Under the pieces are notes generated by a model. It was given only the letters and a program-made list of their open reading frames with translations. It made no database searches and was not told where the DNA came from. A stretch of DNA of 64,000 nt, taken from positions 717,774,001-717,838,000 of the forward strand of contig NW_027362764.1 of assembly GCF_046119375.1 (NCBI RefSeq). Direction: 5' to 3'. Positions within the stretch are counted from its first letter, which is position 1. Each line of letters starts with the position of its first letter. The DNA comes from Phyllobates terribilis. Taxonomy: Eukaryota. A program made the translations under genes and the position numbers. Positions 34,286-46,995 of this stretch are shown here, one piece after another.

Positions 34286-37200
34286 GATCCGGAGGATCCT
34301 CTTAGAAGGGGGGGTACTGTTAGAACCTTGCTGTTAGGTTTTTTTTCCTTTGCTGGTCACATGACCTTGTTGGCTTATTTAATCCTGCTCCGCCCTTCTG
34401 GCTTTGCTGGACTTCATTGTATATCTACTTTCTAGCTAGCCTGTGCTCTGTATCTAGCTCTGTTAGTTTGCTTGGTCTACGGACCTCTATGTTCTATCTA
34501 TTTTGTTTGTTCGTCTGTCTGCTACTATTTCTGTTAGGTGTCCCATATTCCTCCCAGTCCTTAGTACTTGTAGGGATTCCCTCCCCACATCTATAGGTCT
34601 CCGTACAGACTAGATTAGGACTTTAGCAGGTCTGATCGCAGGATCAGGTTCCCTGTTACATCGTAGGGATTCAGCTGAGTCCTATAGTAGGGACAGATCT
34701 CCTCTCTTTCCTTAGCTTTGGTAGCAGAACATAACAACAGAGGGGTCTGGAGAGAGGGAGACAGAGGGGTCTGGAGGGAGGGAGACAGAGAGGTCTGGAG
34801 GGAGGGAGACAGAGAAGTCTGGAGGGAAGGAGACAGAGGGGTCTGGAGGGAAGGAGACAGAGGGGTCTGGAGGGAAGGAGACAGAGGGGTCTGGAGGGAA
34901 GGAGACAGAGGGGTCTGGAGGGAGCGAGACAGAGGGGTCTGGAGGGAGCGAGAGAGAGGAGTCTGGAGGGAGCGAGAGAGAGGAGTCTGGAGGGAGCGAG
35001 AGAGAGGAGTCTGGAGGGAGCGAGAGAGAGGAGTCTGGAGGGAGCGAGAGAGAGGAGTCTGGAGGGAGCGAGAGAGAGGAGTCTGGAGGGAGCGAGAGAG
35101 AGGAGTCTGGAGGGAGCGAGAGAGAGGAGTCTGGAGGGAGCGAGAGAGAGGAGTCTGGAGGGAGCGAGAGAGAGGAGTCTGGAGGGAGCGAGAGAGAGGA
35201 GTCTGGAGGGAGCGAGAGAGAGGAGTCTGGAGGGAGCGAGAGAGAGGAGTCTGGAGGGAGCGAGAGAGAGGAGTCTGGAGGGAGCGAGAGAGAGGAGTCT
35301 GGAGGGAGCGAGAGAGAGGAGTCTGGAGGGAGCGAGAGAGAGGAGTCTGGAGGGAGCGAGAGAGAGGAGTCTGGAGGGAGCGAGAGAGAGGAGTCTGGAG
35401 GGAGCGAGAGAGAGGAGTCTGGAGGGAGCGAGAGAGAGGAGTCTGGAGGGAGCGAGAGAGAGGAGTCTGGAGGGAGCGAGAGAGAGGAGTCTGGAGGGAG
35501 CGAGAGAGAGGAGTCTGGAGGGAGCGAGAGAGAGGGGTCTGGAGGGAGCGAGAGAGAGGGGTCTGGAGGGAGCGAGAGAGAGGGGTCTGGAGGGAGCGAG
35601 AGAGAGGAGTCTGGAGGGAGCGAGAGAGAGGGGTCTGGAGGGAGCGAGAGAGAGGGGTCTGGAGGGAGCGAGAGAGAGGGGTCTGGAGGGAGCGAGAGAG
35701 AGGGGTCTGGAGGGAGCGAGAGAGAGGGGTCTGGAGGGAGCGAGAGAGAGGGGTCTGGAGGGAGCGAGAGAGAGGGGTCTGGAGGGAGCGAGAGAGAGGG
35801 GTCTGGAGGGAGCGAGAGAGAGGGGTCTGGAGGGAGCGAGAGAGGGGTCTGGAGGGAGCGAGAGAGAGGGGTCTGGAGGGAGCGAGAGAGAGGGGTCTGG
35901 AGGGAGCGAGAGAGAGGGGTCTGGAGGGAGCGAGAGAGAGGGGTCTGGAGGGAGCGAGAGAGAGGGGTCTGGAGGGAGCGAGACAGAGGGGTCTGGAGGG
36001 AAGGAAACAGAGGGGTCTGGAGGGAGGGAGACAGGGGTCTGGAGGGAAGGAGACAGAGGGGTCTGGAGGGAGGGAGACAGAGGGGTCTGGAGGGAGGGAG
36101 ACAGAGGGGTCTGGAGGGAGGGAGACAGAGGGGTCTGGAGGGAGGGAGACAGAGGGGTCTGGAGGGAGGGAGACAGAGGGGTCTGGAGGGAGGGAGACAG
36201 AAGTCTGGAGGGAGGGAGACAGAGAAGTCTGGAGGGAGGGAGACAGAGAAGTCTGGAGGGAGGGAGAGAGAGGAGTCTGGAGGGAGGGAGACATAGGAGT
36301 CTGGAGGGAAGGAGACAGAGGGTTCTGGAGGGAAGGAGACAGAGGGGTCTAGAGGGAGGGAGACAGAGGAGTCTGGAGGGAGGGAGACAGAGGAGTCTGG
36401 AGGGAGGGAGACAGAGGAGTCTGGAGGGAAGGAGACAGAGGGGTCTGGAGGGAAGGAGACAGAGGGGTCTGGAGGGAAGGAGACAGAGGGGTCTAGAGGG
36501 AGGGAGACAGATGGTACTGGAGGGAGGGAAACAGAGGAGTCTGGAGGGAGGGAGACAGAGGGGTCTGCAGGGAGGGAGACATAGGGGTCTGGAGGAAGGG
36601 GGACAGAGGGTTCTGGAGAGAGGGAGAGAGGGGTCTGGAGGGAGGGAGACAGAGGGGATCTGGAGGGAAGGAGACAGAGGAGTCTGGAAGGAGGGGTCTG
36701 GAGGGAAGGAAACAGAGGGGTCTGGAGGGAGGGAGACAGAGGGGTCTGGAGGGAGGGAGACAGGGGTCTGGAGGGAGGGAGACAGAGGGGTCTGGAGAGA
36801 GGGAGACAGAGGGGTCTGGAGAGAGGGAGACAGAGGGGTCTGGAGGGAGGGAGACAGAGGGGTCTGGAGGGAGGGAGACAGAGGGGTCTGGAGGGAGGGA
36901 GACATAGGAGTCTGACAGCGGTTCTCTTACAGAGTACACTGGTGTGCTGTGTAAGGGAGTCAGGAGAGACAGGTGTATGCAGAAAGATCATTCAACTGAC
37001 AGCTATCTAATATGTATGAGGCTTTACCTCTTTATGATTCCAATGATTCATGTGGTCACAAGTGCTGTACTATACCTCCCAAATATTGAAGAACAGAAAG
37101 ATGGACTAATTATGCGTCGCAACTGAGCTCACCACGGCAAACTTTGGCCATTCCCCTGGCCACACCTTAATTCATGCCCATTTACCATTTCTTTCTTCTC

Positions 37201-38806
37201 TGGCAGGAGGAGTTAGTTGTCAGAGGGCCAGTGGCAGTGAGGGACAGTAAGCAGACGCCCTAGACTTCAGGTCGTAGACCCAAATCCGGGACTGTCCGCT
37301 GTATCCAGGACAGTTGGGACTAGGGATGAGTGGATGGATTCACGGGGTCTCTGGTCCAGCATCCAAATCAGTGCTACCTGGCGTCTGGACGGGAGGCTGC
37401 GAATCTCTTAGCTTCCAGCGTCATCGGAGCGACTTTTGATTAGCCAGGGCAGCGCGACGTCATCTGTGCGTCCTGCTCATCGCTTTCTGAGACCTGTGGA
37501 TGTATTTTTTGTTCATTCACTCACTTTCTCATCTTTATGTAGCTACACTGTATGATATCTGGCTTTTTGTGTCTGTAAGGCCGTGTTCACACATAGTGAA
37601 TTTCTCACACTGCAAGCAGTGACATCAGCTTAGTGAACGGAGTTCATTGACTATGAACTCCAGTCACCTTGGTGACGTCAGCGGCCGATATTGAAGCTGC
37701 GCTGTGACGCACAGCTCAGTGTCTCCTGGATGCATGGCTGAACGGTCGCATCATGCCACGTGCTATGGGGAACCTATGGTTAAAGCAACCCTGATGGTGT
37801 GGGGCTTAGCTCTGCAGTAAGGGGTCTGCAAACAAATGCAGCACTTTTTTTTTTGTACACCCTAAAAAAAAGTTTTTGTTCAGATCTTGGGAAACGCATA
37901 TTACACTGCTGGTGGCAACCCGAGAGGAGCTCATTTACAGGTCGATCGGAGACTTTTCCACGAACTACGAGTGATTTCCCTCTTGAAATAAGAGAAAAGT
38001 TCAAATCACAACATATTTTTCAAACAATCTAATAATCCCAACAAAATGAAAAAAAAAAACAACAATGCAGATTAATGTTACAAGATGATCCTATTCACAG
38101 GGACTAAGGAAGACCCCCTTGAAGTCTGACGTGACGTTGGGCGATTTAGAAGTAAAGTAATAGACTATTATAATATAATAACACGCTGTAAGCATGAAAT
38201 AAACATAATGAGGTATTTGATTAAAACAGTTTGTCACTGAAGCGCTGCCGCCTTATCCTGCAGCACCCGCACACCTAACTTTTCAGATTTTACTGTTCTG
38301 TGTCATTAATTTGATTCCCTACAATTCTCCTTTAATCAGAGTAATGAATAAGAAGTGGCAGCAAAGGCTTCTGGGACGCAGTTCACAGCATAGGCGACAT
38401 AGAATCAGTTGGAGGAAAGGGAACATGACAGCAGGGGGCAGCTCTATTAATTAGGGCAAAGAAATAAAGAAAAACACGGAAGTCTTAGTAATAGTGAGAG
38501 GAGACGGCTGGAGGGTGACATCGAAAACTGCTCGGAACGGAATTATTCTTCACATTGGCCAACAGTCCCAAATTTGCCAGAACTGTCCCCATTTTTTATT
38601 AATAGCAATATTGTCAAATTGCCCCTTATCTGAGGTCTGAAATTTGGGGTTTGGGATTTGAATATAGGGACTTGTTCAGAATTGGAAGGATTATCGGGGC
38701 TGTATAAAAAGGTCGCCTGTGATCACTATTGTGGGCAATCCGCTCCCTCTATACTGTTCTCAATGTACGGTCCTGAAAACCACATGCCATATTAAATGAG
38801 TCCAGC

Positions 38807-39586
38807 CAGTGGCATAGCATGAGGGTGCGGAGAGGGCATAGAGCCGGGTGCCCAGGGTGCAAAATATTTGGGGTGGGTGCAAAAATTGTAAGTAAAAAAT
38901 ATATATAACAGCTGTGACATTGCTAGCGCCAAAGATCCGGGGAAGTGAACATGCTGGCCGGGTGCCCCAGATCTCCAGAGTGCCACTTTGAACGGTTTTG
39001 GAGTCAACATGATTAAGATACAGCTAGATCCTATAGTAAAACAGGGAGAAAAAGGCCCTGCGCCCCACCACTCTCCATGCTGTCCAGCCTGTAGGCCACA
39101 GGCACCACAAAGACGTCACCATCCTGACCAAGACACCAGATCACTGCATCATTCTGACCTCCTTTGTGTGCAGGGGTGAGGATTAGGTGAGTATAACATT
39201 TATTTTTTTGTGGGGTTTGGCACAAAATCGGCATCATAACTTTTGGAAGGGGAACATTATTTGTTTTATGGGGGCACAGAGGTGTCATTATTACTTTTGT
39301 AGGGAACACTGAGGGAGAATTGTTTGTTTTAAGGGGGTACAAAGGTGGCATTATTACTTTTGGAAGGGGCACTAAGGGAGCATTGTTTTTTTAAGGGGGC
39401 ACAGATGTGACATTGTTACTTTTCGAGAGCACTAAGGAGCACTATTTGTTTTAAGGGGGCACAAAGGTGGCATTATTTCATTTGGAGATGGCACTAAGGA
39501 AGCATTATTTATTTAAAGGGGTCACTCAGAGGGCATTATTATTGAGTAAGGGGGCACAGTGCTTGCTGGCCCATGCTACTCCACTG
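38807..39586. mobile_element. Decayed hAT-type MITE with an internal ~63-bp tandem repeat
   Basis: Ends CAGTGGCATAGC / GCTACTCCACTG (10 of 12 complementary); flanks AGTCCAGC / AATTCAGC (6 of 8); repeat AAGGGGGCACA...CATTATTACTTTT at ~39225-39560. Confidence 0.6.
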
Positions 39587-39776
39587 AATTCAGCAGTTAA
39601 ACTTTTACCAGACGCACCTGTATATACAGCGGTACACAATGGACCATTTTGGCCTTTCAGAAGTTTCAAGGCATTTTTGGACTGTACATTAAAATGCAAC
39701 TTTTATTCAAGTGATGGCTTCTTCAAGAGAGGTGGTATCTGAAATTGCTCGTTTTACTGTAGGGAAAGTGTTGATC

Positions 39777-40042
39777 AGCACAGTGGCTCAGTGGGCAGCA
39801 CGGTGGCTCAGTGGGCAGCACTGCAGCCTTGCAGCACTGGTGTCCTGAGTTCAAATCCCTCCAAGGACAACATCTGCAAGGAGTTTGTATGTTCTCTCTG
39901 TGTTTTCGTGGGTTTCCTCCCACACTCCAAAGACATACTGATAGGGAATGTAGTTTCTGAGCCCCAATGGGGACAGTGATGATAATGTCTGTAAAGTGTT
40001 GTGGAATATAATGGCGCTATATAAGTGAGTAAAATAAATAAA
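39777..40042 (+). mobile_element. tRNA-derived SINE (V-SINE-like) with a duplicated head
   Basis: A box TGGCTCAGTGG present twice, B box GAGTTCAAATCC, core GGAGTTTGTATGTTCTC...GGGTTTCCTCC, tail GCGCTATATAAG...AAATAAATAA. Confidence 0.88.
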
Positions 40043-41399
40043 TTCTGGATTCTCTATCTCGACCTGTGATCACTTATAGGCTTTAACAATAGAACAAACC
40101 TTATATATATTACATATTTATGAAGGTTATAGTAATTCCATAAGACATAATCTAATATTGCCAAGTGAACTGATAACTTTGCTTAATCACCCGCTGATAA
40201 CGGAGAAAGGACATCGTATTAATTATGTTTTCAATGGGGAGAGAGGAAAAAGCGGTTGCCAGACTCCTAGTGGCTCGAGACACCTAAGAATCCTTCTGGG
40301 AAGCTTTTAGCATGATGAAATAAATTGTTGCTTTTAATTTTCAAGACGAGTGCAGGATTATACCTGCGGATCCTTGTATCAGCTCCTCATTCTCTGTAAG
40401 GAAGGAGGAGGGTGCGCTGATTTGTTTCTTTAAATTGAAGAGCGTTTTGGTATAAAGTATATAGGCTCCTTTTTAGAGTGGTTATCGAGGGGGGATACAT
40501 GCGATCACTTTGCCACCTGCATAGTTTACGTTTTTTCCCCCTTTATTCTGTACGCCCCCGTATTTTCTTCTCAGAAACGTCAGTGCTGTTAGATTCTTCA
40601 CTCCCCTTTTGGGGGTACTTTTGGTACTCCAGATTTTTCCAAAAGGTGTTATGTGACTAGGTGGATTCTGGTAACAAGGGCCCCAGCATTCCTGATTGGT
40701 GGGCTACTCCACTGGCGGGAACATGGACAAGTTAAAACGTCAGCCACCTGGTCCTGGAAGCATCATGGACCCTGCCACCCCTCCTTCTAGGATGCATGTT
40801 TCTTAGCGGGTGGTCTCACAGTTATTTGACCTCATGTCATGTTTGTGGTGGTGAATTACAGACTTTATGATTAGTTTACAGGATAAACACTATTATCTTT
40901 TAATTTTCAGTAGCTTCTCTGTTCCTTTTTTCTATTTCTTAACAGGTTATATTTTGGATGGGGAGTGACGTCTGTGACAATGCGCAATGGCTTTCACGCT
41001 CAAATTGTTCCACAAAAAATACAGATGAAACAATCCCTTTGCTCAGGTCTCTGCTCCTGAAAAACCTGCACCGTGTTCACACAGTCTCAGTCTCTTGCTG
41101 TCTCTACTACAGAGACCCTGTTCTCCATTACCCTCCCTCTGTCACCCACCACAAATCCTGCCAGTGGCGTAACTATGGTCTTATGGGCCCTGGTGCAAGA
41201 TTTGGACCGGGCCCCCCCATCCTGAATAAATTATGTATATAATATATATGTATGCGTTCTCCATCCTGGTATATGTGTCCCTCATCCAGGCCCCATTCTG
41301 GTATATACAGTATATCCCGTTCTGCCGCTGTTCTTTAACGTATAGAAAAAAATAAACTATTATACTCATCAGGGGCGTAAATAGAAATCATGGGGCTAC

Positions 41400-42540
41400 A
41401 TAGAATAAGTATAATGCACCCCCCATAGTCAGCTATATAGTATAATGAATCCCATAGTCCTCCATATAATATACTGCAAAGCTCAAAATCATCCATGTAG
41501 TATAATGCACAGTCCATAGTCATCCATGAAGTATAGTACACAGCTAATAGTCCTCCATAGTCATCCTATAAAGTATAATGCATAGCCCATAGTCCTCTAT
41601 AAAGTATAATGCACCCCAGAGACATCCATAGTAGTATATTACACCCCACAGACATGCATAGTAGTATAATGCAGCACCATAGACATCCATAGTAGTATAA
41701 TGCACCCCCATAGACATTCATAGTAGTATAATGCACCCCCATAGACATTCATAGTAGTATAATGCACCCCCATAGACATCCTATAAAGTATAATGCATCC
41801 CATAGACATCCATAGTAGTATAATGCATCCCCATAGACATCCATGTTAGTATATTGCATCCCATAGACATCCATGGTAGTATAATGCATCCCTTAGACAT
41901 CCATAGTAGTATAATGCATCCCATAGACATCCATAGTAGTATAATGCACCCCATAGACATCCTATAAAGTATAATGCATCCCCATAGACATCCATAGCAG
42001 TATAATGCACCCCCATAGACATCCTATAAAGTATAAGGCACCCCATAGACATACACAACAGTATAATGTACCCCATAGACATCCATAGCAGTATAATGCA
42101 CTCCCATAGACATCCATAGTAGTATAATGCACCCCCATGGACATCCATAGTAGTATAATGCACCCCATAGACATCCACAGTAGTATAATGCCCCCATAGA
42201 CATCCTATAAAGTATATTGTACCCCATAGACATCCATAGTAGTATAATGCACCCCCATAGACATCTATAGTAGTATAATGCACCCCCATAGACATCCATA
42301 GTAGTATAATGCACCCCATAGACATCCACAGTAGTATAATGCACCCCCATAGACATCCATAGTAGTATAATGCACCACCATAGACATCCTGTAAAGTCTA
42401 ATGCATCCCCATAGACATCCATAGTAGTATAATGCATCCCATAGACATCCATAGTAGTATAATGCATCCCATAGACATCCATAATAGTATAATGCATCCC
42501 ATAGACATCCACAGTAGTATAATGCATCCCCATAGACATA
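41400..42540. repeat. 30/31-bp satellite CATAGACATCCATAGTAGTATAATGCACCCC, left part
   Basis: Direct reading; the array resumes at 46214. Confidence 0.95.
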
Positions 42541-42736
42541 CAGTACAGACCAAAAGTTTGGACACACCTTCTCATTTAAAGATTTTTCTGTATTTTCATG
42601 ACTTTGAAATTTGTACATTCACACTGAAGGCATCAAAACTATGAAAACACATGTGGAAAAAAAAGTGTGAAACATCTGAAAATATGTCTTATATTCTAGG
42701 TTCTTCAAAGTAGCCACCTTTTGCTTTGATGACTGC
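42541..42736. mobile_element. Tc1-like terminal fragment
   Basis: TA|CAGTACAGACCAAAAGTTTGGACACACC, a typical Tc1 TIR start; truncated against an LTR fragment. Confidence 0.8.
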
Positions 42737-45700
42737 CCGGGCAGTACTCCTTCCTTACCTGAGAGTGAGATACCACACCTCTGGGTGAGATGCAGTACCT
42801 CTGTGGCGACTGAACCCTCAGGGGCGCCACATGCCCTCCTGGTAAAACACAGCATGGCCGCGGGCTGGAACAGAGTAAAACACGGTTTTAGACATACAAT
42901 TTTTAGAATGCATTCTCATATAAGATCATAAACAAACTTTTTCTTCCCTTTATGGGAGGCTCTTTTTCTTAAACGTAACAGGTTACTATATAGCTTATAA
43001 AACATTATAAAACTTTTTTCAATACAATTTTCTTCACATTTATAAAACACTTTTTTGTTTTTTTTTAATAAAACACATCTTTCAACTCAACACAGTGAGA
43101 TCCATAACCGGGTGTCCATCTCACTGGAGAAGGTGCAATTTGAGCAACATGAGGGACCCGTCTGAAAACCCTCAACGTAGGCCCTGGGCGTGGCTGCAGG
43201 GCATAGATGATGCAGTCGCAGGACCACGTCTTTGGCCACGCCAAACGGGTTTTTGTTCTGCGGTCTATTTATATAAAACCAATAAGAGGCTCTTTAATAA
43301 CTGCAAACTATTTACAGGTAAAGTTTTTGGCTGCTCACAGTCCTCAGCCTACAAGTTCTGGTACCCTCACCGGGTAACTGGGTAACACACACATAACCTT
43401 TTTTTTTCTGTTCACACAAACAATGCTATACCCTTCCGGGTAACTATTTACAGTTCAGTTCCACATACTGCACTTAGTAGTGGTGCTCCCTCCTGGGAAA
43501 CACCTGGTTGCTGCAGGCTGACCCAGCCGGGTCATCAGCCTTGAACTGCGGGGGCATGTTCTTTCCCTCCTCCACTACTCGGTACACCTGGAGAGCATAC
43601 CACCCGCGCTCTCCCTTGTGTCGGGTAAAGGTGACACCGGGGTAGAGGTCTCTGCCGGGATGTCCCCGTTGAAGATGGGGTTCATCGTCCCGCCTATTCA
43701 CAAAGACGTCCCGGTCCATCTGCGGCTCTCTGATGAAGCCCCATCCGGTTTCCAGGTCGAACTTCACCACTATCCCCTCCAGACGGGGACTGGATGTGGC
43801 AGATCTTGTCTTGCGGGCCTGGGTTTTGGCCGCCATGTTCCGGGCCTCCATCTGCTCCCAACGCACCTGCTGGTTGTACCGCTCCTTCTCTAACTGTAGG
43901 AGCTACTGCCTGCAATGCTTCTCTCTCCTGAGGGCCTGGGTCTGGGTCTCCCATGGGAACCCCATGAGGTTCCCCTCCCGGTTGTCCCACCGAAACTCCT
44001 CTGCTCCTTGGCAGGCAACCGGGGGTGCAGGTGTAGGTGTTAGAGGGAGTCCCTGCTGATCCTCGAACTTGGCGCACCAGTCATAGACGGGGCTTCCGTA
44101 CACCCACTCGGTGGCTCTGGTAGGGGGCCTAGGAGCAGGTCGGTGGAGCAGGCACCCGGGATCGGAGGCTCTGCCAGGGGGCCCAGGAGCAGGTCGACGG
44201 AGTAGGCACCCGGGATCAGAGGCTCTGCCAGGGGGCCCAGGAGCAGGTCAGCACTCTCAGCACCCAGGACAGGGAGACTCCTCTTACCTGCTCCCGCGGC
44301 CGCTTCTGTGCTGCTCTCTGCCTCCTGGCTCAATTAAGGCTCCTCCGGGGCTGGGGCAGTGGTGGAATGCAATGCTGGCTGCTGCCGGGTCACGATCTTT
44401 CCCAGCAGCTCCTCCTTCCAGCTAGCGATGGCATCCTGCTGGGCCCTCTCCATCCTCCGGCCTAGCTCTTGGACCTCGGCGCGGAGGAACTCCGTGTCCT
44501 CCAGGGATAGTTTGGAGATCGCCTCCTCCAGGGTGAGGGGCATCTCGGGTTGCTGCAGGCCACGGACGGGAGCTCGGTCCTGATTCCTCTCCATGCTGCC
44601 TGCCGGGTGCGGTCTGTCTAGACTGCTGGAGACTCCTTCCTGTCTCCCAGGTTTCTTCTCTCCTCTCCCCTTTCGGGGGCGGTTCCATGGCAGCTTGCTG
44701 TTGGCCACACCTAAGGACGGCCCCCCCATCTTGATGGACACATCTACATACATGGCCACTGCTGCTCGGGGCAGGCCCCGCTTTTGGCGCCATTCTGGAA
44801 CCCGGCCCACGATGGGAGGTGGTTTCTTGTTGTCTTTGGTGTCGCACATAATGGCACCCGTTCTTCTTGGGCGGGCGCCACATTCAGTATACAACAGTCT
44901 CTAGGCGCACAATACTCGGTGATAACGGGTGGGTTCATATCCTGTTCGTGACGCCAAATATGACGCGCCCCCTGGGCCGTGGGGTACTCGGTGCCGGGCC
45001 GGTCGTTGCTAGGGGAGATGTCGCAGTGGCGGTGACCCGGTCCGTGACCCAGGGTGGTCAATAAAAGGGGATATTTACAGGGGAATTAAAGTTCCTATAT
45101 AAAGTTTGTGATGCCACCTGTGGTATGCGGCTAAAGGGAGCCGCAGCTGAAGAGCAGGTCCTCTGGAGCTGTTGTTAATGCAACAGAGTTGGTTCAGCTC
45201 TCCACAGGCAGAGCTTAGCTCCGGGGCAGTGTAGATGTTGTTGATATTGAGGTAGCACTCGTGGTGCAGTGTAGTGCAGGGGATGATGGCGCAGCAGTAA
45301 TAATTCACAGAGACAGTGGGGATGCAGTCTTCTGGATTAACTCACTGTTCTCACTTTGCTCCTGGTTACAACTGCAGATCATAACTTCCCACGTCATGCT
45401 GCGTTCACCGGGCTGGGGTTCAGCCAACCCTCAGGTACCTCCGGAGTACATAACGGGACCCCCTTCTGTGTGTTCCTTCTAGCAGTCTCCCTGCACCTCA
45501 CACCCAGTGTCCCAAGCCAGTGACCACGGACCTTGTCGGGCGACGTCTTCTCTGTCCCCTGAGTCCTCTATGGCCACCTTTTCGGTGAGTTAGATGTAGC
45601 TTTTGGGCTGCAACACCTGAAATGCTGCACCCTCCGGTTACCTAGTTGAATATTGTAATTCTCACTAGTTAGGGGCTGGTCCCCTCTGCGACCTGATCCC

Positions 45701-46213
45701 TCCACCGCCTGGTAGATTCGGGCGTACGGGTGGCCTCCAGCACTGCCCGTACCCCTGGGAGCCTTTCTTCACTCCTGGAGCCTTCTCTCTGCTCCCATTC
45801 CTTCCTCCTTCTCTGCTTCTCCTGGGCCTCCTCACTCAGGCCCGCGCTTCCGCTGAGCAGAGCTCCTGCAGAGCTCCTGCTCCCAATTCTTCCTCTGACT
45901 CTCTCTCCTCAGACTTCACTCACTCTAGAATGTTCCACCCTCTCTTTTATATCGCTTCTTACTGAGCTCCCCTGAACTTCTTCCTCCACCCACACCCACT
46001 ACATGGTTCCCCCTAATTTGATTCCCCCCACTCCAGCCAGGGACAGGGCTCAGCAGGAGAGCGACGCATCTTGCCCCTCCTGCTGGTCTGGAGTAGTGTA
46101 GTGTTGGATGCAGGTGTTAGGGTCCCGGGCAGTACTCCTTCCTTACCTGAGATACCACACCTCTGGGTGAGATGCAGTACCTCTGTGGCGACTGTACCCT
46201 CAGGGGCGCCACA
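42737..46213 (-). mobile_element. Non-autonomous LTR retroelement (no pol) with a cold-shock-domain ORF
   Basis: 5' LTR 46213-44961 (TGTGGCGCCCC...GCGCGTCA; TATAAAA at 45951-45945); PBS 44956-44939; ~2.1-kb interior; purine tract then a truncated 3' LTR at 42832-42737 matching the first ~90 bp of the 5' LTR. Confidence 0.88.
43474..44849 (-). pseudogene. Disrupted ~458-codon ORF: putative coiled coil, 18-aa Pro-rich repeats and a C-terminal cold-shock domain (43576-43782)
   Basis: ATG 44849; stops at 44334-44336 and 43903-43905; inferred frameshift near 44110-44130. The C-terminus LEGIVVKFDLETGWGFIREPQMDRDVFVN...LYPGVTFTRHKGERGWYALQV aligns by eye to CspA/YBX RNP1 and RNP2. Confidence 0.78.
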
Positions 46214-46995
46214 CATCCATAGTAGTATAATGCACCACCATAGACATCAATAGTAGTATAATGCACCCCCATAGTCATACATAGTAGTATAATGCACCCT
46301 ATAGACATCCACAGTAGTATAATGCACCCCATAGATATCCATAGTAGTATAATGCACCCTCATAGACATCCATAGTAATTGAATGCATCCACATAGACAT
46401 CCATAGTAGTATAATGCACCCCATAGACATCCTATAAAGTATAATGCCCCCCCCAAGTCATACGTAGTAGTATAATGCACCTCATAGACATCCACAGTAG
46501 TATAATGCACCCCAATGGACATCCATAGTAGTATAATGCACCACATAGTCATACATAGCAGTATAATGCATCCCATAGACATCCACAGTAATATAATGCA
46601 CCCCCACAGACATCCATAGTAGCATAATGCACCCCTATAGAGATCCATAGTAGTATAATGCATCCCATAGACATCCACAGTAATATAATGCATCCCCATA
46701 GACATCCATAGTAGCATAATGCACCCCCATAGAGATCCATAGTAGTATAATGCACCCCATAGACATCCACAGTAATATAATGCACCCCATAGACATCCAT
46801 AGTAACATAATGCACCCCCATAGAGATTTATAGTAGTATAATGCACCCTCATAGACATCCTATAAAGTTTAATGCACCCCATAGACATCCATAGTAGTAT
46901 AATGCACCGCATAGACATCCAGAGTAGTATAATGCACCCCCATAGAGATCCATAGTAGTATAATGCATTCCCCATAGACATCCACAGTAGTATGA
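46214..46995. repeat. 30/31-bp satellite, right part
   Basis: Same unit as 41400-42540. Confidence 0.95.

Larger units (their letters stand above)
32444..34736 (+). mobile_element. Young Tf1/sushi-group (chromovirus) Gypsy LTR element, internally deleted
   Basis: LTRs 32444-32865 and 34318-34736 (TG...CA; by eye 2 substitutions and one 3-bp indel); 5-bp TSD ACAGA; PPT AGAAGGGGGGG before the 3' LTR; gag, protease and a chromodomain remnant; no RT, RNase H or integrase core. Confidence 0.95.
31197..36910. repeat. 24-bp purine-rich minisatellite (CTGGAGGGAGGGAGACAGAGGAGT and variants), split by an LTR element
   Basis: 8-aa periodicity in the ORFs over it; homogeneous variant blocks. Confidence 0.97.

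Noticed and set aside
31177-36991. 360-759-aa ORFs on both strands (GGRETEE, SLPPD and similar repeats)
   Set aside because: Products of the 24-bp minisatellite; no domain, no splice context.
39777-39860. tRNA gene
   Set aside because: The A and B boxes belong to a SINE head; no complete cloverleaf, and a SINE body and tail follow.
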